Source: Macrostomum lignano
Taxonomy: Eukaryota
Reading direction: 5' to 3'
Length of the DNA stretch: 64,000 bases
Assembly (NCBI GenBank): GCA_002269645.1
Contig: NIVC01000221.1
Location: forward strand, 692,859 to 756,858
The notes beneath the pieces are model-generated. The model saw only the letters and a program-made list of their open reading frames with translations, was not told where the DNA came from and ran no database searches. Made by a program: the position numbers and the translations under genes. How positions within the stretch are numbered: the first letter of the stretch is position 1; each line of letters opens with the position of its first letter. Positions 49,582 through 62,248 of the stretch are shown here, piece by piece.

Positions 49582-50227
49582 CTGATCAGCTGATTAGGGA
49601 AGATTTAAAATAGTAAGATGCCGCTACTACTCTTAAAAGTAGTAATTCATAGCGAAATCGTATCTGAAATGAGCGACAAAGGTGGCAGATAAATTTGAAA
49701 CTGATTAACTGAAAAAAACTGCGATTATCCTACTCACAAGTAGCCAAATAAAAAGTGTCAAGTCAAAAAACCGGTAAATGACTACAAAAATAGACTAAAA
49801 TTTACAATCTGGCAGGTGCATGGATGTGTATTTTGTTTGAAATGGCAACTGCTAAAAAGATAAAAATGTGGGAAAATTTCAAGTTGGCAAACTCGTCTTT
49901 TTTGCCTGAGAGATTTACCAGCGCAGTAAAACATGAACTCGCGGCACGTTAGTAAAGTGCATGGCTAAGCAGAGAATTAAAACTATTGTAAAATTTATAT
50001 TTAAACTCGCAATAGACAGTTTGTCAAGGCTCTTGAGATAAAGCAGAAGTCAAACGGAATTTACACTACTAATAAGTAGAAATGTAAAAAGAAAGAAGCA
50101 AAATTTAAATATATTGTAGAATTGTTTTAACAGTTGGCATTATCTGTAATTTTTCGTTGATTAAAAGACTATAATATATTCGTTAAAGTTTGAGTACACT
50201 AAATAAATTATTACGACAAGGAGCCTT

Positions 50228-51143
50228 CAGTCAGTCAGGCAGTCAGTCAGTCAGTCAGTCAGTCAGTCAGTCAGTCAGTCAGTCAGTCAGTCAGTCAGTC
50301 AGTCAGTCAGTCAGTCAGTCACCCACTCACTCAAGTCAGTCCAGTCAGTCAGTCAGTCAGTCAGTCAGTCAGTCAGTCAGTCAGTCAGTCAGTCAGTCAG
50401 TCAGTCAGTCAGTCAGTCAGTCAGTCAGTCACCCACTCACTCAAGTCAGTCCAGTCAGTCAGTCAGTCAGTCAGTCAGTCAGTCAGTCAGTCAGTCAGTC
50501 AGTCAGTCAGTCAGTCAGTCAGTCAGTCAGTCAGTCAGTCAGTCAGTCAGTCAGTCAGTCAGTCAGTCAGTCAGTCAGTCAGTCAGTCAGTCAGTCAGTC
50601 AGTCAGTCAGTCAGTCAGTCAGTCAGTCAGTCACCCACTCACTCAAGTCAGTCCAGTCAGTCAGTCAGTCAGTCAGTCAGTCAGTCAGTCAGTCAGTCAG
50701 TCAGTCAGTCAGTCAGTCAGTCAGTCAGTCAGTCAGTCAGTCACCCACTCACTCAAGTCAGTCCAGTCAGTCAGTCAGTCAGTCAGTCAGTCAGTCAGTC
50801 AGTCAGTCAGTCAGTCAGTCAGTCAGTCAGTCAGTCAGTCAGTCAGTCAGTCAGTCAGTCACCCACTCACTCAAGTCAGTCCAGTCAGTCAGTCAGTCAG
50901 TCAGTCAGTCAGTCAGTCAGTCAGTCAGTCAGTCAGTCAGTCACCCACTCACTCAAGTCAGTCCAGTCAGTCAGTCAGTCAGTCAGTCAGTCAGTCAGTC
51001 AGTCAGTCAGTCAGTCAGTCAGTCAGTCAGTCAGTCAGTCAGTCACCCACTCACTCAAGTCAGTCCAGTCAGTCAGTCAGTCAGTCAGTCAGTCAGTCAG
51101 TCAGTCAGTCACCCACTTACTCAAGTCAGTCCAGTCAGTCAGT
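50228..51143. repeat. Compound (CAGT)n array punctuated by a recurrent CACCCACTCACTCAAGTCAGTC spacer
   Basis: Eight spacer copies separate CAGT runs of variable length. Confidence 0.95.
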
Positions 51144-51629
51144 CACAAAGCCAAACAAATAAGATTGCATTCAGTATCAACTGAAAGAAAACAATCAATA
51201 ATTTCGCTAATGAAGAAAGGAATGCAAGGCAATACTGTACAAAGATACAAAGACAGATGTCTGTACATTACTAATGTCAGTGTCGGTATAACAAAATGCG
51301 TCAGTTGAATCACGCAATTACTATGAGCATGACAAAAACATTGATGACAGCTGAGTACTGTTGGCATCGGTGTAGAAAAGCAGAGACACAGAGATCTGCT
51401 TTAAAAAATCCATTGGCAGGGCAACTGATTGAAATATTACTATAGGTCTTGTACTAGAGTACATTATTGTGGTTAGAAATATTAATTCCTACTTTATATA
51501 ACTTTATTTCTATGAATATTGTCGTCTTATGCGAGATCCGGGATATATGATAGAATAGCTTTGAGATTTTATGTGAAATATTAGAGATCTCAAATGAAAT
51601 GTTAAAAATCTCATGAAAGATAATTAAGA

Positions 51630-51990
51630 CTTCATATGAGATTAGAGATCTCAAGTGAGATAAGAGATCTCATGTGAGATTAGAAATCTCATGCGGAAGA
51701 TTCGAGATCTCATATGAAAGATTAGAAATCTCATGAGATATTTGAGATCTCATATGAAAGATTAGAAATCTCATGAGATATTTGAGATCTCATATGAAAG
51801 ATTAGAAATCTCATGAGATATTTGAGATCTCATATGAAAGATTAGAAATCTCATGAGCAATTAGAGACTTTATGTGAGATTAGAGATCTCATGCGAGAGA
51901 TTCGAGATCTCATATGAAAGATTAGAAATCTCATGAAAGATAATTGGGACTTCATGTGGGATTAGAGATTTCATGTAAGATTCAGAATAT
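51630..51990. repeat. 40-bp tandem repeat (gagatctcatatgaaagattagaaatctcatgagatattt)
   Basis: Period 40 at 51721, 51761, 51801, 51841, with degenerate flanks. Confidence 0.9.
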
Positions 51991-52177
51991 CATATGTAGG
52001 AGATTTCAGCTCAGTTTAAAGTACAAAAAGTAACCATTTCAAATACAGCAAAAAACCTGAATGATTTAATTATTGAAAAGATAGTGAGCAGACAGAAAAA
52101 CTACAAAGTCAGTCTGAGAACAATATAATAAGCGGAGCTGATTATGCACATAAACAGACATGTCACATGATGTAGGA

Positions 52178-54786
52178 TCACACTTTTGATAGGATTTGGT
52201 CGCGGCACTTTAACCCATAAGCATTAGTAGCCGCAGGCGCCAGCATAGGCGCAGACAGATGCAGCAGGGGATTCAACTGCCTAACGATTGAGCACACGGA
52301 CATGCTAGACGCTGGTATGTTTGGCGCGAGAGCCTCCGATGAGGCACCGTCTTGTACTGAGCAGTTCTCGCTTAACCACTTCGAGCAACGTTGAGCGCCT
52401 TTGGATAAATATCTGCTGGACTGGTCTGGGCACTTTATTGGCTGACAGGTTCTACAGGGGCCGTTGCAGCCGCTGTCGGTGCCCCCGGAGTGCTCCACGA
52501 TGGGGGACTGCTCTCTGCAGGTGGGTTAATTATCAGAGATGATTGTTATCTGACTCAGGTAGGTTAATTATCAGATATGATTGTTATCTGACTCAGGTAG
52601 GTTAATTATCAGATATGATTGTTATCTGACTCAGGTAGGTTAATTATCAGAGATGATTGTTATATCTGACTCGGGTAGGTTAACTATCAGAGATGATTGT
52701 TATATCTGACTCAGGTAGGTTAACTATCAGAGATGATTGTTATCTGACTCAGGTAGTTTAATTATCAGATATGATTGTTATATCTGACTCAGGTAGGTTA
52801 ATTATCAGATATGATTGTTATCTGACTCAGGTAGGTTAATTATCAGAGATGATTGTTATCTGACTCGGGTAGGTTAATTATCAGATATGATTGTTATCTG
52901 ACTCAGGTAGGTTAATTATCAGATATGATTGTTATCTGACTCAGGTAGGTTAATTATCAGATACGGTTGTTATCTGACTCAGGTAGGTTAAATATCAGAG
53001 ATGATTGTTATCTGACTCGGGTAGGTTAACTATCAGAGATGATTGTTATCTGACTCGGGTAGGTTAACTATCAGAGATGTTTGTTATCTGACTCAGGTAG
53101 GTTAATTATCAGAGATGATTGTTATCTGACTCAGGTAGGTTAAATATCAGAGATGATTTTTATCTGACTCAGGTAGGTTAATTATCAGAGATGATTGTTA
53201 TCTGACTCAGGTAGGTTAAATATCAGAGATGATTGTTATCTGACTCAGGTAGGTTAACTATCAGAGATGTTTGTTATCTGACTCAGGTAGGTTAATTATC
53301 AGAGATGATTGTTATCTGACTCAGGTAGGTTAAATATCAGAGATGATTTTTATCTGACTCAGGTAGGTTAATTATCAGATATGATTGTTATCTGACTCAG
53401 GTAGGTTAAATATCAGAGATGATTTTTATCTGACTCAGGTAGGTTAATTATCAGATATGATTGTTATCTGACTCAGGTAGGTTAATTATCAGATACGGTT
53501 GTTATCTGACTCAGGTAGGTTAAATATCAGATATGGTTGTTATCTGACTCAGGTAGGTTAATTATCAGATATGATTGTTATCTGACTCGGGTAGGTTAAT
53601 TATCAGATATGATTGTTATCTGACTCAGGTAGGTTAATTATCAGATATGATTGTTATCTGACTCAGGTAGGTTAAATATCAGATATGGTTGTTATCTGAC
53701 TCAGGTAGGTTAATTATCAGATATGATTGTTATCTGACTCGGGTAGGTTAATTATCAGATACGGTTGTTATCTGACTCAGGTAGGTTAAATATCAGATAT
53801 GGTTGTTATCTGACTCGGGTAGGTTAATTATCAGATATGATTGTTATCTGACTCAGGTAGGTTAATTATCAGATATGATTGTTATCTGACTCAGGTAGGT
53901 TAAATATCAGATATGGTTGTTATCTGACTCAGGTAGGTTAATTATCAGATATGATTGTTATCTGACTCGGGTAGGTTAATTATCAGATACGGTTGTTATC
54001 TGACTCAGGTAGGTTAAATATCAGATATGGTTGTTATCTGACTCGGGTAGGTTAATTATCAGATACGGTTGTTATCTGACTCAGGTAGGTTAAATATCAG
54101 ATATGGTTGTTATCTGACTCGGGTAGGTTAACTATCAGATACGGTTGCTATCTGACTCAGGTAGGTTAAATATCAGATATGGTTGTTATCTGACTTAGAT
54201 AGGTTAATTGTCAGATAAGAGATATTACTTACTCATCGAGTTCATCAGTAGACTCAACTGACTCGTTTAATCCACCCTGACGCCCGACTCCGCTCCGGCC
54301 GCGAGCGCAGAACCGGATTATTATGACCGTAAATAGTATGGCCAATGCAAAAAAGCAGGCTAATAAACTGAATATCAAAGCCATATTGGAGTTCGAAGGA
54401 TGCTGAACTGTTATTGATGAAGACAACGTCGCAGTCGTGGTTGACATTTCAGTTGAAGTATGCTGAATACGCTCAGTGGTAGCGCCTGCCACTGGCGATA
54501 AGCTTACATTTCGCATAGTTGCCTGACAATAGCCCAGCGTCAGTGCGTCTCGACATTCTTGTAAAAGTTGTTGTCGAGGAATCAATGCTGAATAGCACGA
54601 ATATTCATTTACCAATGGCTCGCAATCGACACACATACAGTCGCCATTGTAATACTGCCGATCCAAATCGCATTCTGGCGGGAGGTAGCAATCTAACTGG
54701 TTCTTAGGCGTGTCTACAAAACCGCTGGCTCGGTTGCTTGACAACAGGAACAGCAACAATATGCTTAGTAGCATTCGTTGATCCAT
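52178..54786 (-). CDS. TNFR-like single-CRD type I membrane protein B (2 exons, about 296 aa)
   Basis: Exon 54233-54786 encodes signal MDQRMLLSILLLFLLSS, an 8-Cys CRD, a S/T-rich stalk and TM ALIFSLLACFFALAILFTVIII-RF. Phase-2 donor GA|GTAAGT joins acceptor CTGCAG|A at 52514, in frame with exon 52178-52514 (Cys-containing cytoplasmic tail). Confidence 0.78.
52525..54220. repeat. 38-bp minisatellite (about 44 copies) filling the receptor B intron
   Basis: Unit caggtaggttaattatcagatatgattgttatctgact, with an internal TCAGATA..TATCTGA inverted repeat. Confidence 0.96.
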
Positions 54787-55671
54787 GCTGTTTAAATCAA
54801 TCAATTGCCGCTAAGCCGTCACGTATTGGACATTTGCGTTGACGAAAGAAAAAGCCTCAACAAAAGCTCTTCTTGTTGTTAATGTTGACGACGGCTGAAG
54901 AGTAGACAGAACGAGAGGCTGGGTGAAGTGAAAAGGTTTCTAACAAAAATGATGAGCCTAGCATATAATCTGTAGCTATTGCGTTGGTAAGAGCGAGCCA
55001 GAGAGGTAGAGACTATATAGGAGTTGCAGCGGCAGAGAAGAGCGGTGAAGACGCAGTAGTAATAACAGAAAAAACTGCTTACGAAGTTCCCTCGAAGACA
55101 CTTTGTCAACAGCATCTCTAAAAGAAACAGCTCTCTATTCTAAAATTAACTATTAGACATGGTCCCCGCTACTAAAAATAGAACACTTGGTCTAGCTGTA
55201 AGCTTAAAAACGAAGCGGGTGATGCTATAATATAATACAAACTTCTTCTACTTATATAGCGTAATAACTGAACTCTAAAGTGGAACGATGCTTATTTTAA
55301 CAGAACCCCCCCTTCCCAAAGCCCAAGTGCGAGTTGATTCACTGCTAGCTGGTAACTACGCAATTGAAAGTAAAGTAGCGGAATTTATCTGGCGCAGATG
55401 CTAATAAATATGATAAATTTTTAGAGAAACAAAAACGTTTATTATTGCAGCGAGAGAAGTTATAATGCGCGATTAACAGTAAAATAGGGGCGCTATTATT
55501 AAATATTATAACAAATTTTGTAAATTTCTACAATGTAAAAGAGCGCATTGTGAGCTAGAAGACAAAAGATAAAAAGATAACTATTGATTTGAATATGCGG
55601 TTGGCGATGATTCTTCGATAGCAAAACCTTAAAGCAATACAATATAGTTAAAACAACACGAAACGGTCTCT

Positions 55672-56375
55672 GTGAGGAGGGGGCGCCAGTCTCTGTATGG
55701 GAGGGGGCGCCAGTCTTTGCGGGGAGGGGGCGCCAGTCTTTGCGGGGAGGGGGCGCCAATCTCTGTATGGGAGGGGGCGCCAGTCTTTGCGGGGGAGGGG
55801 CGCCAATCTCTGTATGGGAGGGGGCGCCAGTCTTTGCGGGGAGGGGGCGCCAATCTCTGTATGGGAGGGGGCGCCAGTCTTTGCGGGGGAGGGGGCGCCA
55901 ATCTCTGTATGGGAGGGGGCGCCAGTCTTTGCGGGGAGGGGCGCCAATCTCTGTATGGGAGGGGGCGCCAGTCTTTGCGGGGAGGGGGCGCCAATCTCTG
56001 TATGGGAGGGGGCGCCAGTCTTTGCGGGGGAGGGGCGCCAATCTCTGTATAGGAGGGGGCGCCAGTCTGTATGGGAGAGGGCGCCAGTCTCTGTATGGGA
56101 GGGGCGCCAGTCTTTGCGGGGGAGGGCGCCAATCTCTGTATGGAGGGGGCGCCAGTCTTTGCGGGGGAGGGGCGCCAATCTCTGTATAGGAGGGGGCGCA
56201 AGTCTGTATGGGAGGGGCGCTAGTCTCTGTATGGGAGGGGCGCCAGTCTCTGTATGAGAAGGGGCGCCAGTCTCTGTATGAGAAGGGGCGCCAATCTCTG
56301 TATGAGAAGGGGCGCCAGTCTCTGTATGAGAAGGGGCGCCAATCTCTGTATGAGAAGGGGCGCCAGTCTCTGCGG
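55672..56375. repeat. GC-rich GGGGCGCCA-based minisatellite
   Basis: Alternating gggcgccaatctctgtatggga and gggcgccagtctttgcgggga subunits; same core motif as inside the hAT-like MITEs. Confidence 0.92.
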
Positions 56376-57484
56376 GGCGGGGTGCCAGTTGCGACTGTAA
56401 ATAATTTTAAGACTTTGAGATTGCGGTAGCACTTTACCCGAAGGGGGCTAGCTAGTGTGTCCCGGGCCGGCTTGACTAATGATTCTGCGTCTTTGTCTGA
56501 GCTGCCTATCGTTCAAATAAAACAATTATGCGAACGACATTGTAATTTTAACAGTTAAATAAAGACGTAAGTAGGCACATTGTAAAAAGGGAAAAATGGA
56601 GGAGGGGCACAAAAAGGGATATCAACTGATTTAAACAAGCGTTTGGAGTGATTTGACAATAGAGCAATCTAAAACAATATACGAGCGTATTATACGAAGG
56701 AGTATGGATATGAGAACCACTGTTAGCAACAGAGCGTACTGATTTTTATAGCAAAAACTGCTCAAAATTTGCTTGCCTGCCAGTCTCTGAGGGCCACATT
56801 TAAGGGGGGGGGCGCCAGTCTAAGGGGCGAAGTCTCTTTGGGGGGGGGGGGCGCTAGTCTTGGAAGGGGGCGACAGTCTCGGAGGGGGGGGACGCTAGTC
56901 TCCGAGTTTCTGGGAGACAGGAAGACAGTCTCTGCGGGGAGGACGTTGTGAAATACTCTGTCTTCCAGCAGGGACTCGCTCTAGTATTGCTTTTTCGATC
57001 CAATAAACTTTTGAAGCCGCTATTGATCGCTAGATGATCTTCGTAGTACTGATAGAAAGAGGTTAGGCCCTTAAAATATTACTGGCAAGCTTAATATGTG
57101 CTTTCACTGATGGGTACAAACGATGCCGTTAAAATACCAATGACAATGACAAGCTCAACTGTGTGACGAATATAATATTCCTTAGTAAAAGTTTTCATAT
57201 ATGAATTGTTTCATTGCTAATCCGAGAGTCTTGGGTTCAGGTTGCCAACCGGAACGACGACCCAATTTCTTGTTTTTTTTCATCTATTTTTCTCGGAGTG
57301 ACTCATTAAATTGCTTGATACTATCTGCTGGATATCAAAGCGATCTAGAAAGCTAGCGACAAGAAACTTGCTGATAATAAGCGTTAAAATAGGCTTCGAA
57401 GCACTTAGCCTTTGGCGTGGCGAAAAATATTGTGCACTCTTCACTATTGTGCATTCCTATTGAGGAATGTTCAACCAACGATGA

Positions 57485-58297
57485 TTAAAATTTGACAGGG
57501 TTTAATTTGCTTTGCATGAACTGTTGCTCAGGCCGCCTAATCGCGTCAAACTGTTCATCACCATTCTGCGCACAGAGAGGCAAAGGTATAACTGGTGCCG
57601 CAACCTGCGGTTCCTGATCGGAAGTTAGAGCTTCCGTTGCAGTTTCAGCAGCCGGTTCATGCCAACCTTCGGAGGTGAGTTTAGTTGACGGTGACGCCGC
57701 CTCCGACTGAGACAGAGACTGTGCATCAATAGCTTGAGTATCTCCAGACTCAACTGCAGAAACGTCTTCGCCACTGTAGCATTGAGTAGCCCAATACCGA
57801 ATTTTAAAGGACAGAAGTTGACTAGATCGATTGAGTCGAAATACTAGCAAGGCAAAGCAAAATGAGACAAACAACAAGCCGAAAGCGATAGCAACCGGTT
57901 GAATTCCAAACGCTAAAGAGCGGTTATGCAACGGGAGGTCATTGCTTGGAATCATAGGCCGAGCAGAATTACCATTTTCAAATTTCTCTGGAAGACCAAG
58001 TCTTGATGGCAAAACCGATTCATTACAATAAGAATACCTCTTAATTAGAATACAGAATTCGTCTTTGGAACTATGCGTGCTAGTGCAAGATTGGAGGACA
58101 TCGTCGCAAGACTGACAATTGCATAGAAAGTCGTGGTACTGATTGGCCAAACAATGTACAAGGTTCTGCATAGATTCACTGCAATCTTCGCGACTTCGTG
58201 GAAAGCTGCCAATTGATTTAACTATGTTGAATTTAAAGTTTACAATCCATAGCCATAGTTGCTGATAATAAATAAGTTGATTGAAAAAGTTGCGCAT
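57485..58297 (-). CDS. TNFR-like single-CRD type I membrane protein C (single exon, 270 aa)
   Basis: Intact ATG ORF with a weakly hydrophobic N-terminus, CRD C..CLANQYHDFLCNCQSC..C..DEFC..YSYC, TM PVAIAFGLLFVSFCFALLVF-R and an acidic S/T/P-rich tail. Confidence 0.78.
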   Translation of the reverse strand: MRNFFNQLIYYQQLWLWIVNFKFNIVKSIGSFPRSREDCSESMQNLVHCLANQYHDFLCNCQSCDDVLQSCTSTHSSKDEFCILIKRYSYCNESVLPSRLGLPEKFENGNSARPMIPSNDLPLHNRSLAFGIQPVAIAFGLLFVSFCFALLVFRLNRSSQLLSFKIRYWATQCYSGEDVSAVESGDTQAIDAQSLSQSEAASPSTKLTSEGWHEPAAETATEALTSDQEPQVAAPVIPLPLCAQNGDEQFDAIRRPEQQFMQSKLNPVKF

Positions 58298-58534
58298 TTT
58301 TTGTACAAATCTGTTGACTTTACAGACCTTTGCGGTATGGCTCGAGCGCCATAAAATTCGTTAAAAACATAGCTAATTGTAAAGGTAAATGAGCAAGCGG
58401 TATGGTAGTGTGTGTGTGTGTGGACTCCCTAATCATTAGAATTCAATGAGATGTGTTCAACTTTAAGTGGGACAGCTTCGATATGGGAAAATGAGAGAAA
58501 AACAGTGATGCTTAACAAAGCATCAGAAGACTCG

Positions 58535-59717
58535 TTTGCCAATGCAATGGAGCTTTTGTCTATGGTAGCAAGGCTATGGCATTTAATTTGGTCCAACAAG
58601 CATCAATTTGGCCCAACAAGCACCAATTTGGTCCAACAAGCACCAATTTGGTCCAACAAGCATCAATTTGGTCCAACAAGCACCAATTTGGTCCAACAAG
58701 CATCAATTTGGTCCAACAAGCACCAATTTGGTCCAACAAGCATCAATTCGGTCCAACAAGCATCAATTCGGTCTAACAAGCACCAATTTGGTCCAACAAG
58801 CACCAATTTGGTCCAACAAGCACCAATTTGTCCAACAAGCATCAATTTGGTCCAACAAGCACCAATTTGGTCCAACAAGCATCAATTTGGTCCAACAAGC
58901 ACCAATTTGGTCCAACAAGCACCAATTTGGTCCAACAAGCATCAATTTGGTCCAACAAGCACCAATTTGGTCCAACAAGCATCAATTCGGTCCAACAAGC
59001 ATCAATTCGGTCTAACAAGCACCAAATTTGGTCCAACAAGCACCAATTTGGTCCAACAAGCATCAATTTGGTCCAACAAGCACCAATTTGGTCCAACAAG
59101 CACCAATTTGGTCCAACAAGCATCAATTTGGTCCAAAAAGCACCAATTTGGTCCAACAAGCATCAATTTGGTCCAACAAGCACCAATTTGGTCCAACAAG
59201 CACCAATTTGGTCCAACAAGCACCAATTTGGTCCAAAAAGCACCAATTTGTCCAACAAGCATCAATTTGGTCCAACAAGCCACCAATTTGGTCCAACAAG
59301 CATCAATTTGGTCCATAGCTTTATTTTCAACTGTTGCGAATGAGCAAGATCAGCCCCAGAATTGTGTATGATATGCTAGGCTGTTGAACCAATGTCATTG
59401 GCTTGCGATCGAAGCGCTCGACAGAGGTGAACACCAAAGGACATTGCAAGGCTGTTCAATGTAAAAGAAAGATGGTTTACAGCATCCAGCAGCGCTTTGA
59501 AACCACTGCCGGCAGAGTCGCCTGCGAAAAGAAAGATAAATTCTATTTGACGTTGCACAAAATGTAGCAGAATTTGAAGAAACAGTTCCAGTTGGTTATC
59601 AGATTTTTGACTATCGGTAGAGCTCTGGAAAAGCGTTTGACCGAAATTGATGCTTGTTGGACTAAATTAAATGCCGCTCTGACAGCCTCGCTACCATAGA
59701 CAAACATTGGCAAATGT
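58535..59717. mobile_element. Inverted-repeat element containing an expanded 20-bp minisatellite
   Basis: 58535-58615 is the diverged reverse complement of 59640-59717; the motif (c/t)caatttggtccaacaagca at the inner end of the left arm is tandemly amplified over 58590-59315. Confidence 0.72.
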
Positions 59718-60939
59718 GGATTAACTTAAGATGCGCGTAAATTTAAATAAGCCGCAAAAAAGCTATATTTGATCGAACTATGAGCTAAATTATACCTTTG
59801 CTGAAATTGAATGGTTAGGTCCTACAATGAATGGCGAAATGATTAACACGTAATTAGAACTTTTACCAAATTTTAAAGAAATATATACGGCTGTAATTTT
59901 ATTTACAAAATTTACGAATATATGGTATTATGATAGATACTTCTAACCTGCAAGAGTATATGTAGGTTAAAAATATTACAATGGGAAAATCAGTTAAGGT
60001 TAGTGTTGTTTGCATAAAAGAGAGTACGAGCGTATTCGACTATATATCGAAAGCTACACGTCATCTTCACATATATAAAAAGTGCGATAAAGTACATCAC
60101 AAATTGTGCCCCTAAGAAGAAAAATAATGCAAACATTCGAATCAAAACAAAAAACATTCGCTTCAAAAGTAGCAGTAATTAGTGATATTGGAGACTGCTA
60201 AAAGTACGAATTTCTGGACCTTTACGGCGTGTAAATTTAGTACCAAGGACGACTTAGGAATTGCAGGAAACTTCATTTCCTACAAACCTGAAAGGCTGGT
60301 CTTTAATACACTACTGAGTTAGGAACTGTTCGCTAAAAGGATAACAAGCTTCTTATACGCCATAAAACTTGCTTAGTACAAACTGGATATCCATTAAAGC
60401 GAGCACAGGTCGGTCAAACGTCTTCCATAGTTAATATGTGATAAATTGAAACACAAAAAATTCGAAGAGTGCCTGGAAAGTTCTGACACTTTTGATTCTA
60501 GAGCAAAACGTTAGCAGCTGCAGCACAACTTTGGTATCATTTTTAATGAATTCAGTCCGCGGTGTCATTTCATTCAAAAGTTATGTGTGAAAAACCATCG
60601 CAGTGCCCCTAAAATACCCCCCCCCCACTTCATTCCTCAACTTAAGTCTACCGCGGCGTAGCTAAGCGTCACTCGCAAATTGAGAGACTTTACCTGCACT
60701 CTCAAAAATGGCGACCACAAACGGAACTTCTGTAATGGCGAATTTCGATGTTATAAATTTTGTTATAAATTTGAATGAAATGACCAAAATACAGGCGACT
60801 AAACTCTATAAGTGTCAGACTTTTCCATACACCCCTCGTACACGTAGGCTGAAATTTTAGCCACAACTCATTGCACAGCTGCTCTATTATTGACTGGTAA
60901 AAACTGTAAAACTATTCAACATGCTGAGCACGGGTTATA

Positions 60940-61370
60940 CAACGACGTCTTAAGTAGAAGGATGGGAAAAATACACTACGGAGATAGGAAGTTTTCATTT
61001 TTCAGCACGAAAATTGCTATTGCTTTTGATAGGAGGCCGATCCAGTGTTCATCTTTGATATGTTGTGCCTTTCTTATTGCTCTATCGATATTATCGATAT
61101 TCATATGAATACTTTGAATATTGATATTGAATACTTATCTTAGGAGGCAGATCCAGTGTTCATCTTTTGATATGTTGTGCCTTTCTTATTGCTCTATCGA
61201 TACATAGTAGGTTACGAATGGCTATGATGGCTGAAAAATATGCACCATATTCGATAAAGCATAAGAAAGGCACAACATATCAAAAGATGAACACTGGATC
61301 TGCCTGGCAGAAAAACCTGCCTTCTCTAAACATTGCAAAGAAACGAGGTTTCCCATCCTTCTACTTGAGT
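60940..61370. mobile_element. Palindromic MITE-like element with a perfect 44-bp inner inverted repeat
   Basis: 61146-61189 and 61261-61304 are exact reverse complements; outer arms aagtagaaggatgggaaa / tttcccatccttctactt; same family as the 6032-7610 arms. Confidence 0.78.
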
Positions 61371-62248
61371 TGTCCTTGGGGTTATATATAACTATTTGAA
61401 CGCATTTGTCGCATACAACTTGCTGATGAATATCACAGGGAAAATTAACCGAAAAGTTGTGCAATTTGGTTTAGCAGTTTTACTATTCAATAGATCAACC
61501 TATGCAAGTTGTGGGAAAAGTTGGGTCGTTCACAGCAACTTTCGTAATTTATTAACGAAATATCAGCAATATGAACAGATAATACATTAAATAACTATTG
61601 CCTACACAAATAATTATTCAATTTATTACAAAAATGAAAACAATTTAGAATAAAAATTAGCGCCTGATAATTTATAAGTAGCATAAAACTGATTAAATAT
61701 GGCGCTTCATATTGTTAAAAAATTACCATAAGATACACAATATCAACATATAAGCGGAATGTGTACATATGGATTGTTTACTCGTAAATGGGCGCTAAAA
61801 TAAATCAATTTGTCCAAAAATACGCACGTGTTTTTAGAAAAAATTGCCAAGAACAGACACAACCATAACTTGTAGGCCATAAAATCACGCGGTTACCTCG
61901 TGGATTTGTTTCTTTGCTTTGCGCTCTGGTCCGCCCATTGCACTAGGATAAAAAGTGAGTTTGACATATTAGCTTGCCTCAGATCATAGAATATGACAAA
62001 GGCTTCCATTCTTGAATAAGTGAATAAATTTGGCATCCTCAAAAGCTACTAGTGGCATTGGCACTAGCAGATGCTGCCACTTTTTTGCGCGCATTGTCTT
62101 GATCGCGCCTGCTCCAGCGTAGCAGACTGTTGCTCGGTAGTGCCACTAGCTGGAATGCTGGCGTACTGCCCTGCCAGGACTGGATCCATCACGTCTAGTA
62201 GTTGCGCAGGCGGTGTCGTCTGAGTGACTCCGGCGCTTAGGCTGCGCG

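Noticed and set aside
59376-59558. 60-aa minus-strand ORF with an acceptor-like site
   Set aside because: No domain similarity and no partner exon found.
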